Origin: Selaginella moellendorffii
Lineage: Eukaryota; Plantae; Lycopodiophyta
Reading direction: 5' to 3'
Length of the DNA stretch: 64,000 nucleotides
Assembly (NCBI RefSeq): GCF_000143415.4
Contig: NW_003314419.1
Location: 83,715-147,714, forward strand
This document shows positions 17,301 through 29,800 of this stretch, in pieces. A model generated the notes under the pieces. The model saw nothing but the letters and a program-made list of their open reading frames with translations, had not been told where the DNA came from and did no database searches. The first letter of the stretch is position 1. Each line of letters opens with the position of its first letter. A program made the translations under genes and the position numbers.

Positions 17301-17763
17301 GTATGAGACAAGGGGAAGAAGCCTCAAAGTCACACTTGGCATGATTGCGCTGCAACCAATCCATACCAAGAAGGAGGTCAAAAGCTTGACTCGGCACCAC
17401 CCGCAATGATTGCAACTCAAGCTCGAGATCACCCACACGCACAACTAGGTCCGCCTCATCTCGTGCACATGCATGTGTACGGCCGTTGCCATAAAGAATG
17501 AAAACTGGATCCGCTGCACGACGCAAGTGTAGACGACAATGTGTGGCAACAGGTCGAGCAATAGAAGATAAACTCAAACATATATCAACCAACACGGAGA
17601 GAAGAATAGGAGACCTCTTGTTATAAAAACGAGCTTGGAAAGTAAACACTGGATGAACCGGTGCTGAGTGAACCCCTTAATGATACTCCCGAAAGAAAGA
17701 TGGAGGGGTCACTAACTTATTCGCGCAAGGTCCCTCCATTACTCGCGCGACTCCTCGTTTCCC
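14351..17763 (-). pseudogene. pol: pol (protease, RT, RNase H, integrase) with premature stops
   Basis: LLLGMDWL, KLDLASGYWQV, FIDDVLI, DASDIGLGGVL, GHMG..FYWP..C, YHPQSDGLVER, WKGPY. Confidence 0.92.
17701..17763 (-). promoter_or_regulatory. Predicted -1 ribosomal frameshift signal (G_GGA_AAC plus H-type pseudoknot)
   Basis: In-frame slippery heptamer, 6-nt spacer, stem 1 TCGCGCGAG/CTTGCGCGA, and loop TGGAGGG pairing with downstream CCCTCCA. The -1 frame is the pol frame. Confidence 0.8.
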
Positions 17764-18661
17764 GAATGCACGTCGGTATCCAAACCTTCCACCGCAGCAG
17801 CACCAACAGGACGTTGCTGACGCCAAGGTCTCCACTCAGGAAATGGAGGTCGCCAATCCGGAAAGCGCCGACAATGCTGATAAGTATGACCAACTTCATC
17901 ACACGCACAGCAACGAACATCATGGCCACGACCACGTCCTCGCCCTTGTCCTTGGACTCGAGTAGTAGCAGCATCAACCTCCATGGGAACAGGACCATCA
18001 CTCATAGGAAGTGGAGCTGAAGGACGTGTAGCAAGAAGTGGAAGAGGCGACGTCTCATAACGTTGTGCCAAGCGAAGAGCATCGTCAAGAGTGGCAGGAG
18101 CAAGTGCATGCACAAGTCCGACAAGATCTTGACAAAGTGCTGGCCACAACATTCCTAGCTTGATCCGCTCCGACATATTTGGCTCCGCACGAAGCAAAAG
18201 ACTTCGGAAACGAACGCTAAATTGCATCACCGACTCAGATGGCCCTTGGCGAATTGTTGGAAGGCATCATCACAATCGTTGGCTTGTCCGAAGGCGCGTT
18301 TGAAGATGTCCGAAAGAACACTCCAATCGCCACGAGTGGCTGCGCTCAATCCATTGTACCACTGCAATGCCGTCCCTTGGAGACATGTGGGGAACTCACA
18401 CAAACGTCGAGCATCATCCCAAGAATGATATGTGGCAATCACCGTGAAGTGATCGAACCAATGGTACATATCATCCCCAGGATTCCCACAAAAGAACTCC
18501 GGCCGAACGCGAGGATTGGCACCAAGAGCAGGAGGAGTTGTACCATGTGCCGTGAACGCCGCCATCAATTGAGTTTGGTTGTTCAATTGCAAGCACATAG
18601 CATCAAGCAATTGAACCAACTATTGCTCTAGAGTCAAAGGAGGAGATTGCGGATCGGCCAT
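17739..18661 (-). pseudogene. gag: gag with stop and frameshift
   Basis: RPEFFCG..WFDHF, LQGTALQWY, PVPMEVD and a CCHC knuckle CCACDEVGHTYQHC. Confidence 0.85.
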
Positions 18662-18894
18662 GAAGATGAATGAAAAAGAAAGAGCAAAAGAAGAGAAATG
18701 ACAAAAAGCTGGAAAGAAATGGTAGATCTAGACAATGCAAAAAGCTAGATCTAAACTAAAATCTTGAAAGGAAAGAACAAAAGAAAGGAAATGGAAAAAG
18801 CTAGATCTAGGCAATGCAAAAGCTAGATCTAAACCGAAATCCCAAATCCAAGCACTCCCCAGGGACAATCAAAGGTGCCCCTCAACTCCACCAA

Positions 18895-19060
18895 TGTGAG
18901 TGAGGAAAGGGAATACAGAAATGTGCATATCAATTAGCCCAAAAACCCTAGCTTATATACAGGAGCGAGTGGTCCGGATTGAAACCAATCCAACGGCTAC
19001 CAAAATCCCACTATGCTAATATTAGTATACGGCATCGTAGCCATACACTTGGCCCTCACA
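18895..19060 (-). repeat. 5' LTR of the 5-kb gypsy element
   Basis: Adjacent to the PBS; direct repeat of 14075-14240. Confidence 0.95.
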
Positions 19061-19250
19061 TAATGAATTAAAAATATTTGTAAACAGCTGATTTACAATC
19101 TACTCCAAAAGGTTATGAGTGGTTTGGCACAGTGGGGCGAAGCAGATCCAGAAGAAGCTCACAGAGATCCACTAGAGAACTGCTTTGCAAGTCCAAAGGC
19201 CAATAATTTCTATGAGTGGGTCTCCACAATCGTCAGTCCATCACATAGAC

Positions 19251-19693
19251 TTCTTAGCTCAATTCTCAACTTTTGAAGAAATTCTTCTTGATCTCATAGG
19301 ATCCCTTTATAAGGTCAACATTAGCATCCCCAGCGATTATTCATTAAAGCCTCTCAAGATAATGTGGAAAGGAGGAAGAATTCAAAGATCTTATCTCTCG
19401 TTGGAAAATGTAGGTGGTGTTTAAAATGTGAATCTATCACTGCAACATTCATCCTAGTGGACAGATCTTCTTGAAAACTCTCAAGGAGAATTAAAGTCCA
19501 GCTCTTACAATTTCCAAAGTTTTGTTTCAATTTGTGCATTGCTGGGTGAGCCAGATCCTTGTGAGTTTTCTCTTTGTTTTTCTTGAACTTATTTCCATGT
19601 AGTTGATCCTTTGGTGGGAAGTATAACCTGTGAATATTTGTCCAAAATGCTGGTAGCATCTGACCATGTTGTGATCGACGGGGGGCCAAATCT
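19251..19693. repeat. ~440-bp direct duplication, copy 2
   Basis: Matches 12533-12974. Confidence 0.9.
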
Positions 19694-21759
19694 TCTTGAA
19701 CATGTGAGAAACAAATTGAACTTTGTGGACAGCTCCATGGCCTTGTAGTAATGTAGCAAGCTCTCGGGCTTCTCATGCTGTATAAGCTGCAATGCAAGGT
19801 CCATCTTTGCATTCATCACCAGCTTCTCCACTCCAGGGACTCAGTCATAGGCAGCAATGGTGATCTTCAATTCTTCTCCAGACAGTCTTTTTGAGTAGTT
19901 GATGTGATTGTGCCACCTTCATCAAGAGCAGCAACTTAAACTCAAGAAAGTTCCTTAGAGAAGACAAAAAAAAAAAACAAACCTTAGCACTCGAGCTCTA
20001 GGCAAGAGCTCTCAATGGCACGTTGCAAGCTTTGCTATGGCGGTTATGACAAAAAATAGCAGCCGGGACTGGGCCGGGATGGCAGAAGTTTTATGCCTGG
20101 ATGTTTGTGAAGATTAGACACAACATAAACAGTGAGAATTTTCGATTACCATAAGAAGAGGTTTTTGTAGAGAACCAACTCCAAAGTTTCAAAGAGCTCT
20201 CTTACACCATCCTTGAAACAAGTACCACCACCCCCATGGTCTCCAACCACTCAGCATAGTTGCAAAGGAAGCTCAGTCTAGTAAATGTAATAGAAGTTTA
20301 ACACTCAAACATTGTGAAATCCATCTTACTTTACTGTCACTTGTTTGAGGTTGACTGGTGATGGGCTTCTGCAATGTTTTTACTTCTTTTGGGATAACAA
20401 CTTCAAATAGATAAGAAAGGCTTACCTTCAAAGAGCAATGAATTGAGGAGATTTCTTGAAGAAAGTGTGCACAAACTGACAACACGTTTGTTGGACCTGA
20501 TTTAAGACATGAGTCAGCTTATGAGTAAACTAATCTTGCTTACCTCAATTGAAAATGCCTTATCCGGAAACATGGCTTTGATTCTGAAGAAGACCATAGG
20601 TAAAAGAGTGCAGAGTAGTGCTAAACATACAAAGAGCAGCGGATTAAATGCAAAGGTTTGGAACTTACAATCGCTCATATCTTGCAATGCAACGTTGAAA
20701 TAGACTTGCAAAAGTTGCGGGATAAATTTTAGAGCATGTACCCCATTGCTGCTTCCAACGTAGCCTTCATTCCAGGATACAACCAATGATGTTCCTGCAA
20801 GATGGACCTTTGTAACCTTAAAAGTGATATAGTCACTTCTTGTTAATGCTGAGCCTTCATTTTCATCTTTCAAGAGGTCTGAAAACAAATCATCTTCTTC
20901 GTAATATAAGCTTCTTCCAGAGCCTTCTTTGCTAGAATCGTTGCCCCCACCAATGAAAGTTCCCGTGTAAGTCAATGCTCAAAGTGCCTAAAAAAAGATG
21001 CCTCGAGATAAACAAATCACAAATGTTAATGAGCATATCACCTCAAGTGCTGGGTTATTTTGAATGTTTCCTGTGTTTCTGTGCAAAGATCCAGTGCATT
21101 GTTCTAGACTCTGACCAAAACTGCATAAAAGCTTCACATGCTTCAACATCAGAAATCGAGTCATGTCTCGGAAATACTCACTTGGCAGATACAGAAGAGC
21201 CAAGAACAGTTGCAAAATTGACAACTGCAAAACTCATAAACCTAGACATCATCTTCTTGAAGCCAATTGTCATGTATGCTTGACGGTGGCAGTGCTTGCC
21301 TTTTGTTTGAAGCATCAGAGAGCTTCAAGAAACTTAATCTCCAATGTGTATGACTGTAATACATTCCAAGCAAGGTTGTCAGTAATCTAGAGAAGAAGAA
21401 AAGAGAATACAGATGTTTGCCAGGGAGCTAAAAGCATAAAAAATAGAAAACTCACCTCTTCAGTCACTGCCACTTGGCTCGCTATTCTCAACACTGAGAA
21501 CTTGCCAGTGGATAGATGGACTTGCTGAGGTTAAGCCTGTGCAAGTCAACCAAGGTAGCTTGACAAACAAAATGTGAAAGCTTTTTACCTCAAACTTAAG
21601 AGTGCCATACCATTGTTTGGCATGAAGAACTGGAAGAAATCAGCTTGACTGAGGAAGACAATATTCAGTTTGCAGCGAACTTGACAAGATGGTGTGTAGT
21701 GAGCTGCTTCCGTTAGAGGTAGTGCCGAGCTTGGCATATAGCAGCAGAGATAGATTCAA

Positions 21760-22210
21760 GCAACCTCTTCAAGTGAATTATTGCAATCTCTCGACCAAGC
21801 TGAATAGCAAAGTAGAGGATCTGTTAGTTGCAAAGAGCAAGGAAGGAAGTCTGGATTACCATGTCAATGTAGGCTATGCCATCAAGACTTTCAGGGAGGA
21901 GCTGCCTGTTCTGTTCCATGGAGATCTGAGCTATCAGATATACAGGAGAATGAAGTAAACATAGAGTGGCTTATCTTGTATGGTGCAGAGAGGACATCTC
22001 TTTCAGAGATCCAGTAAACTGCTTTCACAGACTTACAAGTGTATTATACAGGTGCTCCGGCTGAATGGTAGAATGCTTTTCAAGTTGATGGTCTGTTCAT
22101 GATTCCACAAGTGCTGTGGGAAGCCAGAGGTCTCTTTGACGGCATCTTTGAGTACAAATTGGACAGTAAAGGAAAGATTCATGAGCACAAAGTATATAAC
22201 GTAAGAACCA
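21760..22210 (+). pseudogene. DUF2358 (NTF2-like) plant protein fragment
   Basis: DYHVNVGYAIKTFREELPVLFHGDLSYQIYR, EDISFRDP and WEARGLFDG..YKLDSKGKIHEHKV, disrupted. Confidence 0.75.
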
Positions 22211-22402
22211 ATGCAATCATGCAGCGAACCTCATGGTGTGCAGCCGCGGTGATAAGCTCTCCTGGAAAAATGCATTGAAAAAAACTATAAAAACACGTTT
22301 CACCCTCAACTGTTTTTTTGCCATGTGTTTTCATCTCCACCATTAAGCTTTAAAAGAATCTCGATTGAATATGTCGCCTTTACTCTTTTAAATATAGAAG
22401 GA

Positions 22403-22429
22403 CTAGCAGAGACCCCAGCTCCGCTGGGA
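22403..22429 (-). mobile_element. Helitron 3' terminus
   Basis: The minus strand reads CCCAGC-GGA-GCTGGG (hairpin), GTCTCTG, CTAG|T. Its subterminal sequence recurs near 10660-10900, and inverted near 11280-11460 and 40050-40170. Confidence 0.8.
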
Positions 22430-24555
22430 GATATAACATACCCAAGATAAATAGATCTTCTTTTCTTATTTTAGAATGTTAGAAATTTTTATTGTATAAA
22501 TGTTAAATTTATCTCAACTTTGCTACTATTCATCTCCAGAGTAATACTTTGCTCTAATAATGCATGTGTTGGGAAGATAAAATCATTTTTTTATCATCAT
22601 GAAATTTAAATTTGAATTTGTTTTTATTGCCTTTTCAAAAAAATGCACAACCCTAAACACATCCACAAGATTGCTGCCAACCTTTAAAAAAATTTGAGTT
22701 TTCACAAAATCAAAGAATTATACCAAAGAATAATAGGTTTTATAACTGGTTTGGTGAAGTTATAAATTTAATTATGTACTGAGTTAACTTCTTTATTACC
22801 TGAATTGTAATGATGCCTTTAAAATTCATAGTTTACTAAAGAATAATAGAATTTCTATTATGTATCTCGTTTTTCATTTAAAAACATACATAAGCAAATT
22901 TACCCAGATTTCTACCACATTTATATTAAACCTCATAAACTGGCAATAGAGAATAGTTCTAGACATATTGAGAAATTATAAATTGACCAAACCTAAGAAA
23001 TGTAAAATAGTTACTTGCAACATAAGAAGATAATGTAATTTTTCTATAAAAGTTTTAATTATAGTTATATGGTGAGTGAGAACCACCAAATTCTTTATAA
23101 ATTTTTATACATGAAAGAAAAACTGTCCCTTATTTGCTATTACTTGTGCCAAAGTTTTGTTTTATTTGGGTATGTATAAAGGATCTAAAAAGTTTCTGGT
23201 GCTTCTTTTTTACTTTTTTGCTAGTGTATTGACAGGATTTTATATTTATATAATAAATAAATAATCTCAAAGGCTAATTGTGCCAATGTAGAAATAATAC
23301 TGTCCCATGACAAATCATGGAAGATGAGGAAAGATAAAGTAAAATATCAAAACTCTAGTTTACCATCCACCTGGAGATATAAAAAAATTTAATATTAATA
23401 CTATTATGTATTTCAAAAGAGTAGGAACATCTTTATATTTTATTTCTTGCTTCAAATACCACATCCATTATCTGGTTCTGAACTATAACCTTATACAAGC
23501 CTAATATGAAATTCTTATATTTTAATATTCAAATTCACTACTTGAGCTCTGCATTATTATTAAACTCACTAAGTAAGTTTATACAAATTGCTACCATATT
23601 TATATTAAACCTCACGGAAATAGAGAATGGTTCTTGGTATCTAATAAGTATAAACTATCTCATATACATACAAATATGAACTCCATTTCATAGTAATATC
23701 TGAAAAAATATCTACCTCTTATATATTTTCTATTAATCTTCTTGCTCATAACATTATTTAATTTTTCAGCATCTTTACATAGGTTTTATCTTTAGTTAAA
23801 ATACTGACGCATAGTTTATATAAATAATTTGTTATTGCTCTAGATTTTCTCTGCAATTGTAATATGTCAATCCCTGAGAGTTGTTACCTAAGCATGACTA
23901 AAATATCCAGTTTTTTCATAAGGGTAAATTAAGTTTAAATAAAATACAGAAGTTAATTGTTTCCAAATAGAGCACAATTATGTGTCATATTTGCAAGATC
24001 CTCTGGAAAAGATAGAGAATAATTTTTTTTAAAATATAAAATATTAATACACCTCAAAGACCTTTCCAACCAGAACATGCTTTAGTATTAGATCAAGAAT
24101 GTGTAATACATTTTGCAACACTAAGATTATTATGAAAATTAAATAATGAAGAGACAAAATACTTGTGAAAGAAAAACGTAAAATAAGGAGAAGGAAAGCT
24201 TTTAGAAATACAAGTTTAAAATACTAAAAAGTCTGATTTATATGAACTTCTTAGTAAAAGTGATTAGGCTATAATGTAGTACAATAGCTCTCAATTAAAT
24301 ATCCAGATTGATAGGAATAATGTTGAAAATAATAAACCATACTTCATTAATATTATAATTAGGTGATATCATGCTAGTAAGCTCTATATGCATTTCAAAC
24401 ACATTAAAATTTTTTAAAACTTTTAACAATTTTCATAAAGATTGTCTCTAGCCAAACATTAAAAATCATATATCACTAAAAATCTTGAAACTTTAATTTT
24501 ATAAATACCATAATAATTAATTTTGCAATACTACTTATTATTTAGCAAATAATAT

Positions 24556-24980
24556 TGAAAAATCCTGGCATCTCTAAACTGGGATGAAAACGTCCACACG
24601 AGATCTTCCTAGGAGTTTCAAATCTAATCTAGTCCCTAAATCTAAAACTACATTACGAGAAGAATCCACTTACCTACTTGTGCCAAGCCAAATAAAGACT
24701 GTGAACATGTGCTTGAAGGTGCTAGTGCCACGCCTTTGATCCTTTGAAGGCGGTGGGTAAGTAAGACATTGCCATTGCCATGAAGAGCCAAAGAGATAGG
24801 CAAAATGACAATGTATTGCAATGTATTTTGTACTAGGGATAAGTCTAAAAACATTCTAAATCTTACTTTTATAGTCGCTACTGCTCACATCAAGGTTAGG
24901 AATACAGTCTTAACCTTAAACCTCTCAAGTTTGTGTTCCTAAGCTTGAACTTCTGAGCTTGTTTTTTTTCTCTTTCTCCA
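24556..24980 (-). repeat. 3' LTR of the Athila-like element
   Basis: About 35 substitutions versus 34875-35299 by manual count. Confidence 0.95.
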
Positions 24981-26805
24981 CTCTCCCATGACTGTCTTGT
25001 GCTGCATCCTACAATCACTGCTCCATTGCTGCATCCTGGGTAGTCGTTCCCTTATGTGGTTCCTCCTCCTCTTCATAAGTCTGAGCTGCTTCCTCAAGCG
25101 CGCGAATTCTTTCTTTTGCTGTGAGCAGCTCCTTGTTGAGCCTTGCATTTTCCTACTCGTACTGCTGCGCAAGATCAAAGGATTCCTTACAGGATTTTGG
25201 AGTCGGGATTCCATGACTGCGAATGCTCTTGATGGCGGCGTTTAGCTGCTTGAATCCATCCTCGAGTTTGGAAAGGTGCTGTTCTGTCGGCTTGATGAAC
25301 GTCTTCTCGTAGAAGCTCTCGATGCCTTCATGAGTGTACACGGCAAGCTTTGAGTCATGATATTGCTGGAGGAAGTTGTTGGGGAGCTTGTTGCCATGAC
25401 TGCTGCGATCCTGCTCCTCACGGTCTCGTTTCTCCGGTGTGTAGCGGCGTGGAGGGCGGTTGTGGAGGTGTCGCTCTGCTCCATCCTGCTGTCCATGGTT
25501 GTCCATCTCGTCAGCTTCGTCAATTGGTGAGAGCCTGTGACTTGCTTCGTCAAAACCTTTCTCGTTGTCCTTGGCTGTGGTGGTTATCACAACCGTTTCG
25601 GGCTCAAGGTTACAGTCCTGTGTTGCTGACTCAAGACTGCAAACTTGAGCCTCCAGGAGCTGCTTTGGATCAGCTTTGTCGATTGGAGTGCTTTTGTCTT
25701 GAGCGTGTATCTGTGGCGGTGGAATGTCCTGCGTGTGATCCACTGGGTTGTCTTCGTCATGGGGTGGTTCCTCTTGCGTGTTTTCGCGCTCCACAAGTCC
25801 CTGCTCCTTTGGAGTTTCCTTCTGGAATTCTCCTTATTCGTCTTGAACTTCCACTCGTTTTTCCTGTGCCTCCTCCTGGTCGTCCACATCTTCTACTTGA
25901 TTTTCCTGCGCCTCCTCCTGGTCGTCTTGCTCCTCATCCTCTTTTTCCTGTGCCTCGCTCCCGTCGCTATGGTCGTGCTTCTCCTTCACTGCTTTCACCT
26001 GGGCGTGAGGGACGATCACCAATGCTCTGTCATTGTTGACTGACAAAGCCTCAATATATGGGAACAATGTTGTTGTAATTTTCTTCTTACCCTCCAGTGC
26101 ATTGTAAACCTGTGAGAGTTCCTTATGGAACTTGGTGTAAACGTATGCTCCCAAGTCGACCTGGACTCCATTGTTCAGGTCCTCGTAGATGAAGGCAATG
26201 TTCTTGCTCACTGATGTTGCTGTGCGTCGAAATTCCAATGTCGCGAGAAGGAATTTAAAAATCCCTCAGAATTTTTCCTTCACATTGGAGAGCTGCAGAG
26301 ACGCTACTGTCTTGTAATTTGCTGCATGCTTCATGATCTCTGGATCAATGGCTCTGTCTCGCGGAGCTATCACTCGCTTTCCCCTATTCGGTAGCTGAAG
26401 AGTTTTGGCAAAGTCTTCTTCTTCAATCGTGATTTTTCCGCGCGCAAAATCGATAATCTTCCTCTCGATTCCCTGCTGGTCAGTGCTTGTCATAGCTGTC
26501 ATCAGGACCGAAAAACCATAGAGTTGATGCTTTCGCAGCCACGCATCAAGAGTCTCATCACGAGACCATACCGGATTGCCCACTTGGAAAACCGTGCATA
26601 CCTTGTTCTCCTCATCAGAGAGATCTATCGGTTCTTCCTCTTCCCGTGGATGGCATGGAGCCCTTGACCCAACTCTAGTCCTCATTGAAGCTATGCTTTC
26701 ACCAGACCAAGAATTGCTGCACCCTTGATCATTGTTTGCCCCTAGTGGGCTCCCTTTTTCCTGATGCACTGTCGCCCGGAACTCTTTTCTTCTCTTAGCC
26801 GCCAA
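24939..26805 (-). pseudogene. 3' extra ORF (env-like position), frameshifted, acidic and coiled-coil
   Basis: Consecutive ORFs 26266-26805, 25834-26238, 25153-25794 and 24939-25214 lie between integrase and the 3' LTR. Confidence 0.65.
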
Positions 26806-26829
26806 GATTAGGGTTAGGTCCCATTCTTG

Positions 26830-29800
26830 TTAAGGCAAATTTTCTCTAAGTGTTTGCATGCATTTGAATGTGTTTTCGTTGATTTCTCTGAGCATTTTCT
26901 CTTGAAATTTCTGGTATTCCACCATAGTGTGAAGCACTTGTGGTTGCTTGTAAATCTTCAATTTGTTCAAGTTAACTACTTGCAATTTTTCATCATCTAA
27001 AGTTGCAAGTTTTGCTGTTCCTGGGATTTGTATACTCGTAATCTTGAATGGTCCTTCCCATTGATGAACGAGTTTTCCTCCAAGTTTATCCACATTGCCA
27101 CGATACCATAATACAAAATCTCCTACTTTGTAATACGCTTTGTTTTTCTTGACTTGTTTGCGATCTTGATAAGCTTTCTTTCTAGCCTGTATTGCTTCGA
27201 TTGTCCATATTGCACTTAGTCTTTCTTCATCGAGTTTCTCAAGTATCACGAGTCTTTTCTTGATCAATTCTTCTTGATTAATTTCAAGTTCAATGGCCAT
27301 TCTCAAGGATGGTACTGTATACTCTAGTGGTGTTAACACTTCAAGGCCATAAGCAAGCTTGAAAAGTGTAGAATTTGTTGAAACTTTGTAGGTTGTTTTG
27401 TAAGCCTAGAGAGCATCGTAAATTCTTTCATCCCAATCCTTAAGGTTTGTCTTGACTATTTTCTTGAGTATGTTTTTAAGCGTTTTGTTTGTTGATTCTG
27501 CTTGTCCATTACCCTGGGGGTAATATGGTGTTGACTTCTTATGGTTGATGATAAATTCTTTAACGAGAATGTCGATGGTCTCATTCAGAAAATGTGTTCC
27601 TCAATCTGTAAAAATTTCTCGTGGTAATCCATATCGTGTTCTAATTGTTTCATAGAGAAACTTGGCTGTATTTTTTGCTGTGGCTTTCTTTAGTGGGATA
27701 GCTTCTGCCCATTTTGTCATATAGTCAATAGCGACCAAAATGTATTGATTTCCTTTGCTACTTTGTGTTATAGGTCCAACAAAATCAAGTCCCCAACGCT
27801 GGAAGGGTTCCAATGCTGTTGTTGGATTGAGTTCCTAAGTTTGTTTCCTCGGTGGAAACTTCATTCTTTGACATATGTCACATTCTTGACATATGCTGAG
27901 TGGCATCTTTCCAGAGTGTCGGCCACCATAATCCAACTTGTAACACTTTCCTGGCCATAATTTCTTCGGCAAAATGACCTCCCGATCTTCCTGCATGAGC
28001 TTCATTGAGTAGATCCTTAATCTCTTCTTGTGATTCTATGCATCTTCTCAAGATGTTGTCATGTCCAAGCTTATATAGTTTGCCTCCCACGACTGAATAT
28101 CGTCGTGTCCTCAAGACGAATTGTTTCCTTTGATCGTTTGTGAAGTAGTGATTTGGGATCTTGGTTGTCGTAAAAAATTTGTAAATATCCTGGAGCATTC
28201 CTTGAGTTGTGACCTTTAAAAGGTGTGAATCAGGTAAGTCATCATTGGATTTCATGACTTGTTCCCCTGTGGTAAGTCGACTAAGATGATCAGCTTGTGT
28301 ATGTTGTTTGCCTGGCTTGTGAATAATCTCAAAGTTGAATTCTTGAAGTAGAAGAAACCATCTCGCGATTCTTCCAGTGAGTATTGTCTTGTTGAGTAAG
28401 TGTAAGAGTGCTTGGTGATCAACCATGATCTTGACTTTGTTTGAAAGGAGGTAATGTCAAAATTTGGTGAGTGCATAGACCATTCCTAATGCTTCTTTTT
28501 TCGTGGTTGTATAGTTCATCTCTGGTTGGGAGAGTCTGTGGCTTGCATAGTATATTGGATGGTCTCTATTATCAGTTTTTCTCTGGCAAAGTATAGCTCC
28601 AAGTGCATAATCAGATGCATCTATTTGTACAATGAATTCTTGTGTCCAGTCTGGTTGAACCAGTATGGGAGCTTTTGTAAGCTTATCCTTAAGTGTGTCA
28701 AAGGCCAGTTGACAATCTTGTGTCCATGCATAAACTTGAGATTTCTTAAGTAGCTCCGTGAGCAGTTTAGCAATCTTTGCATAGTCTTGAATAAAACGTC
28801 TATGGTAGCCCATTTTTCTGAGAAATCTTCACAAACTCGTTAAATCCATGGGTGGAGTCATTTTGATGATGACCTTTGTTTTTGCTTTGTCAATGAGAAT
28901 TCCGTCTTTACAAACGACATGGCCAAGGAGTATTCTTGAGTTGACAAAGAAAATACACTTTTCTGGATTAAGTGCAACTCGGTTTTGTTGACATTTAATG
29001 AAACACTTTTCTAAGTGTTCAAGGTGTTTTTCTTTTGCTCCAAAAACACTGAAGTCATCCATGAAGACGCACATAAAATCAGTCAAGTATTCCTGAAATG
29101 TGTCGGTAATTATCCTTTGAAAAGTAAATGGTGCATTCATTAATCCGAATGGCATTCTGGAGTATGCATATGCGCCCCATGGACTGATGAAGGCAGTCTT
29201 GTATTGATCTTTTGGCACTATGTGAACTTGATTATATCCCTAAAATCCGTTGAGGAATGAGTACATGCAACTGCATCGAATATCTTGTCTGAGAATGGTA
29301 TAGGAAAAGAGTCTTTTTCCGTCACATCATTCAACTTTTTGTAATTGACACAAATTCGCAATTTGCCATTTTTTTTTGGGACGATAACCAATGGTGACAA
29401 CCATTGTGCATTCTTGATGGGGTAAATGAATCTAGCATTTTGTAATTTGTTGAGTTCTGTTTTGACTTTATCAGTGAAGTTTGGGTTCATGCAATAAGCT
29501 GTTTGCTTAATTGGTCGAGTTCCTGGTAGTAACTCTATGTGATGTGTACATAGTTCCGGGGGTATTCCCTTGAGATCTTTGTATGACCATGCAAAAACGT
29601 CCTTGTAGGTTATGAGTAATTGTTGAGCTTTTATCTTGAAGTTTTTGTCAAGATTTGCAGCGATGAGTATGTTGTGTGGATCTTCTTGAAGTCCAAGATT
29701 GAGTTCTTCAGTTTCTTCATTGAGGTTAATTCGGGGTGTAAAGTTGTCATTTCTAGATTGTAGGGCTAGATTATCATCAATCTGAATGTTGTATTCTTTA

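Larger units (their letters stand above)
14075..19060 (-). mobile_element. Full-length Ty3/gypsy LTR retrotransposon (4986 bp), no chromodomain seen, decayed
   Basis: 166-bp TG..CA LTRs (14075-14240, 18895-19060), 4-bp TSD TAAT, PBS TGGTGGAGTTGAGGGG, PPT GAGAGGAGGGGATGA, and gag followed by PR-RT-RH-INT. Confidence 0.95.

Noticed and set aside
18227-18260. Second programmed frameshift within gag
   Set aside because: No slippery site or structure is seen; best explained by an inactivating indel.
20270-21600. Frameshifted minus-strand coding-like region
   Set aside because: Probably a gene fragment, but the family is not recognisable by eye.
4622-22429. Dispersed palindromic repeat as a CRISPR or terminator motif
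   Set aside because: Eukaryotic context, irregular spacing and the following CTAG|T fit Helitron termini.
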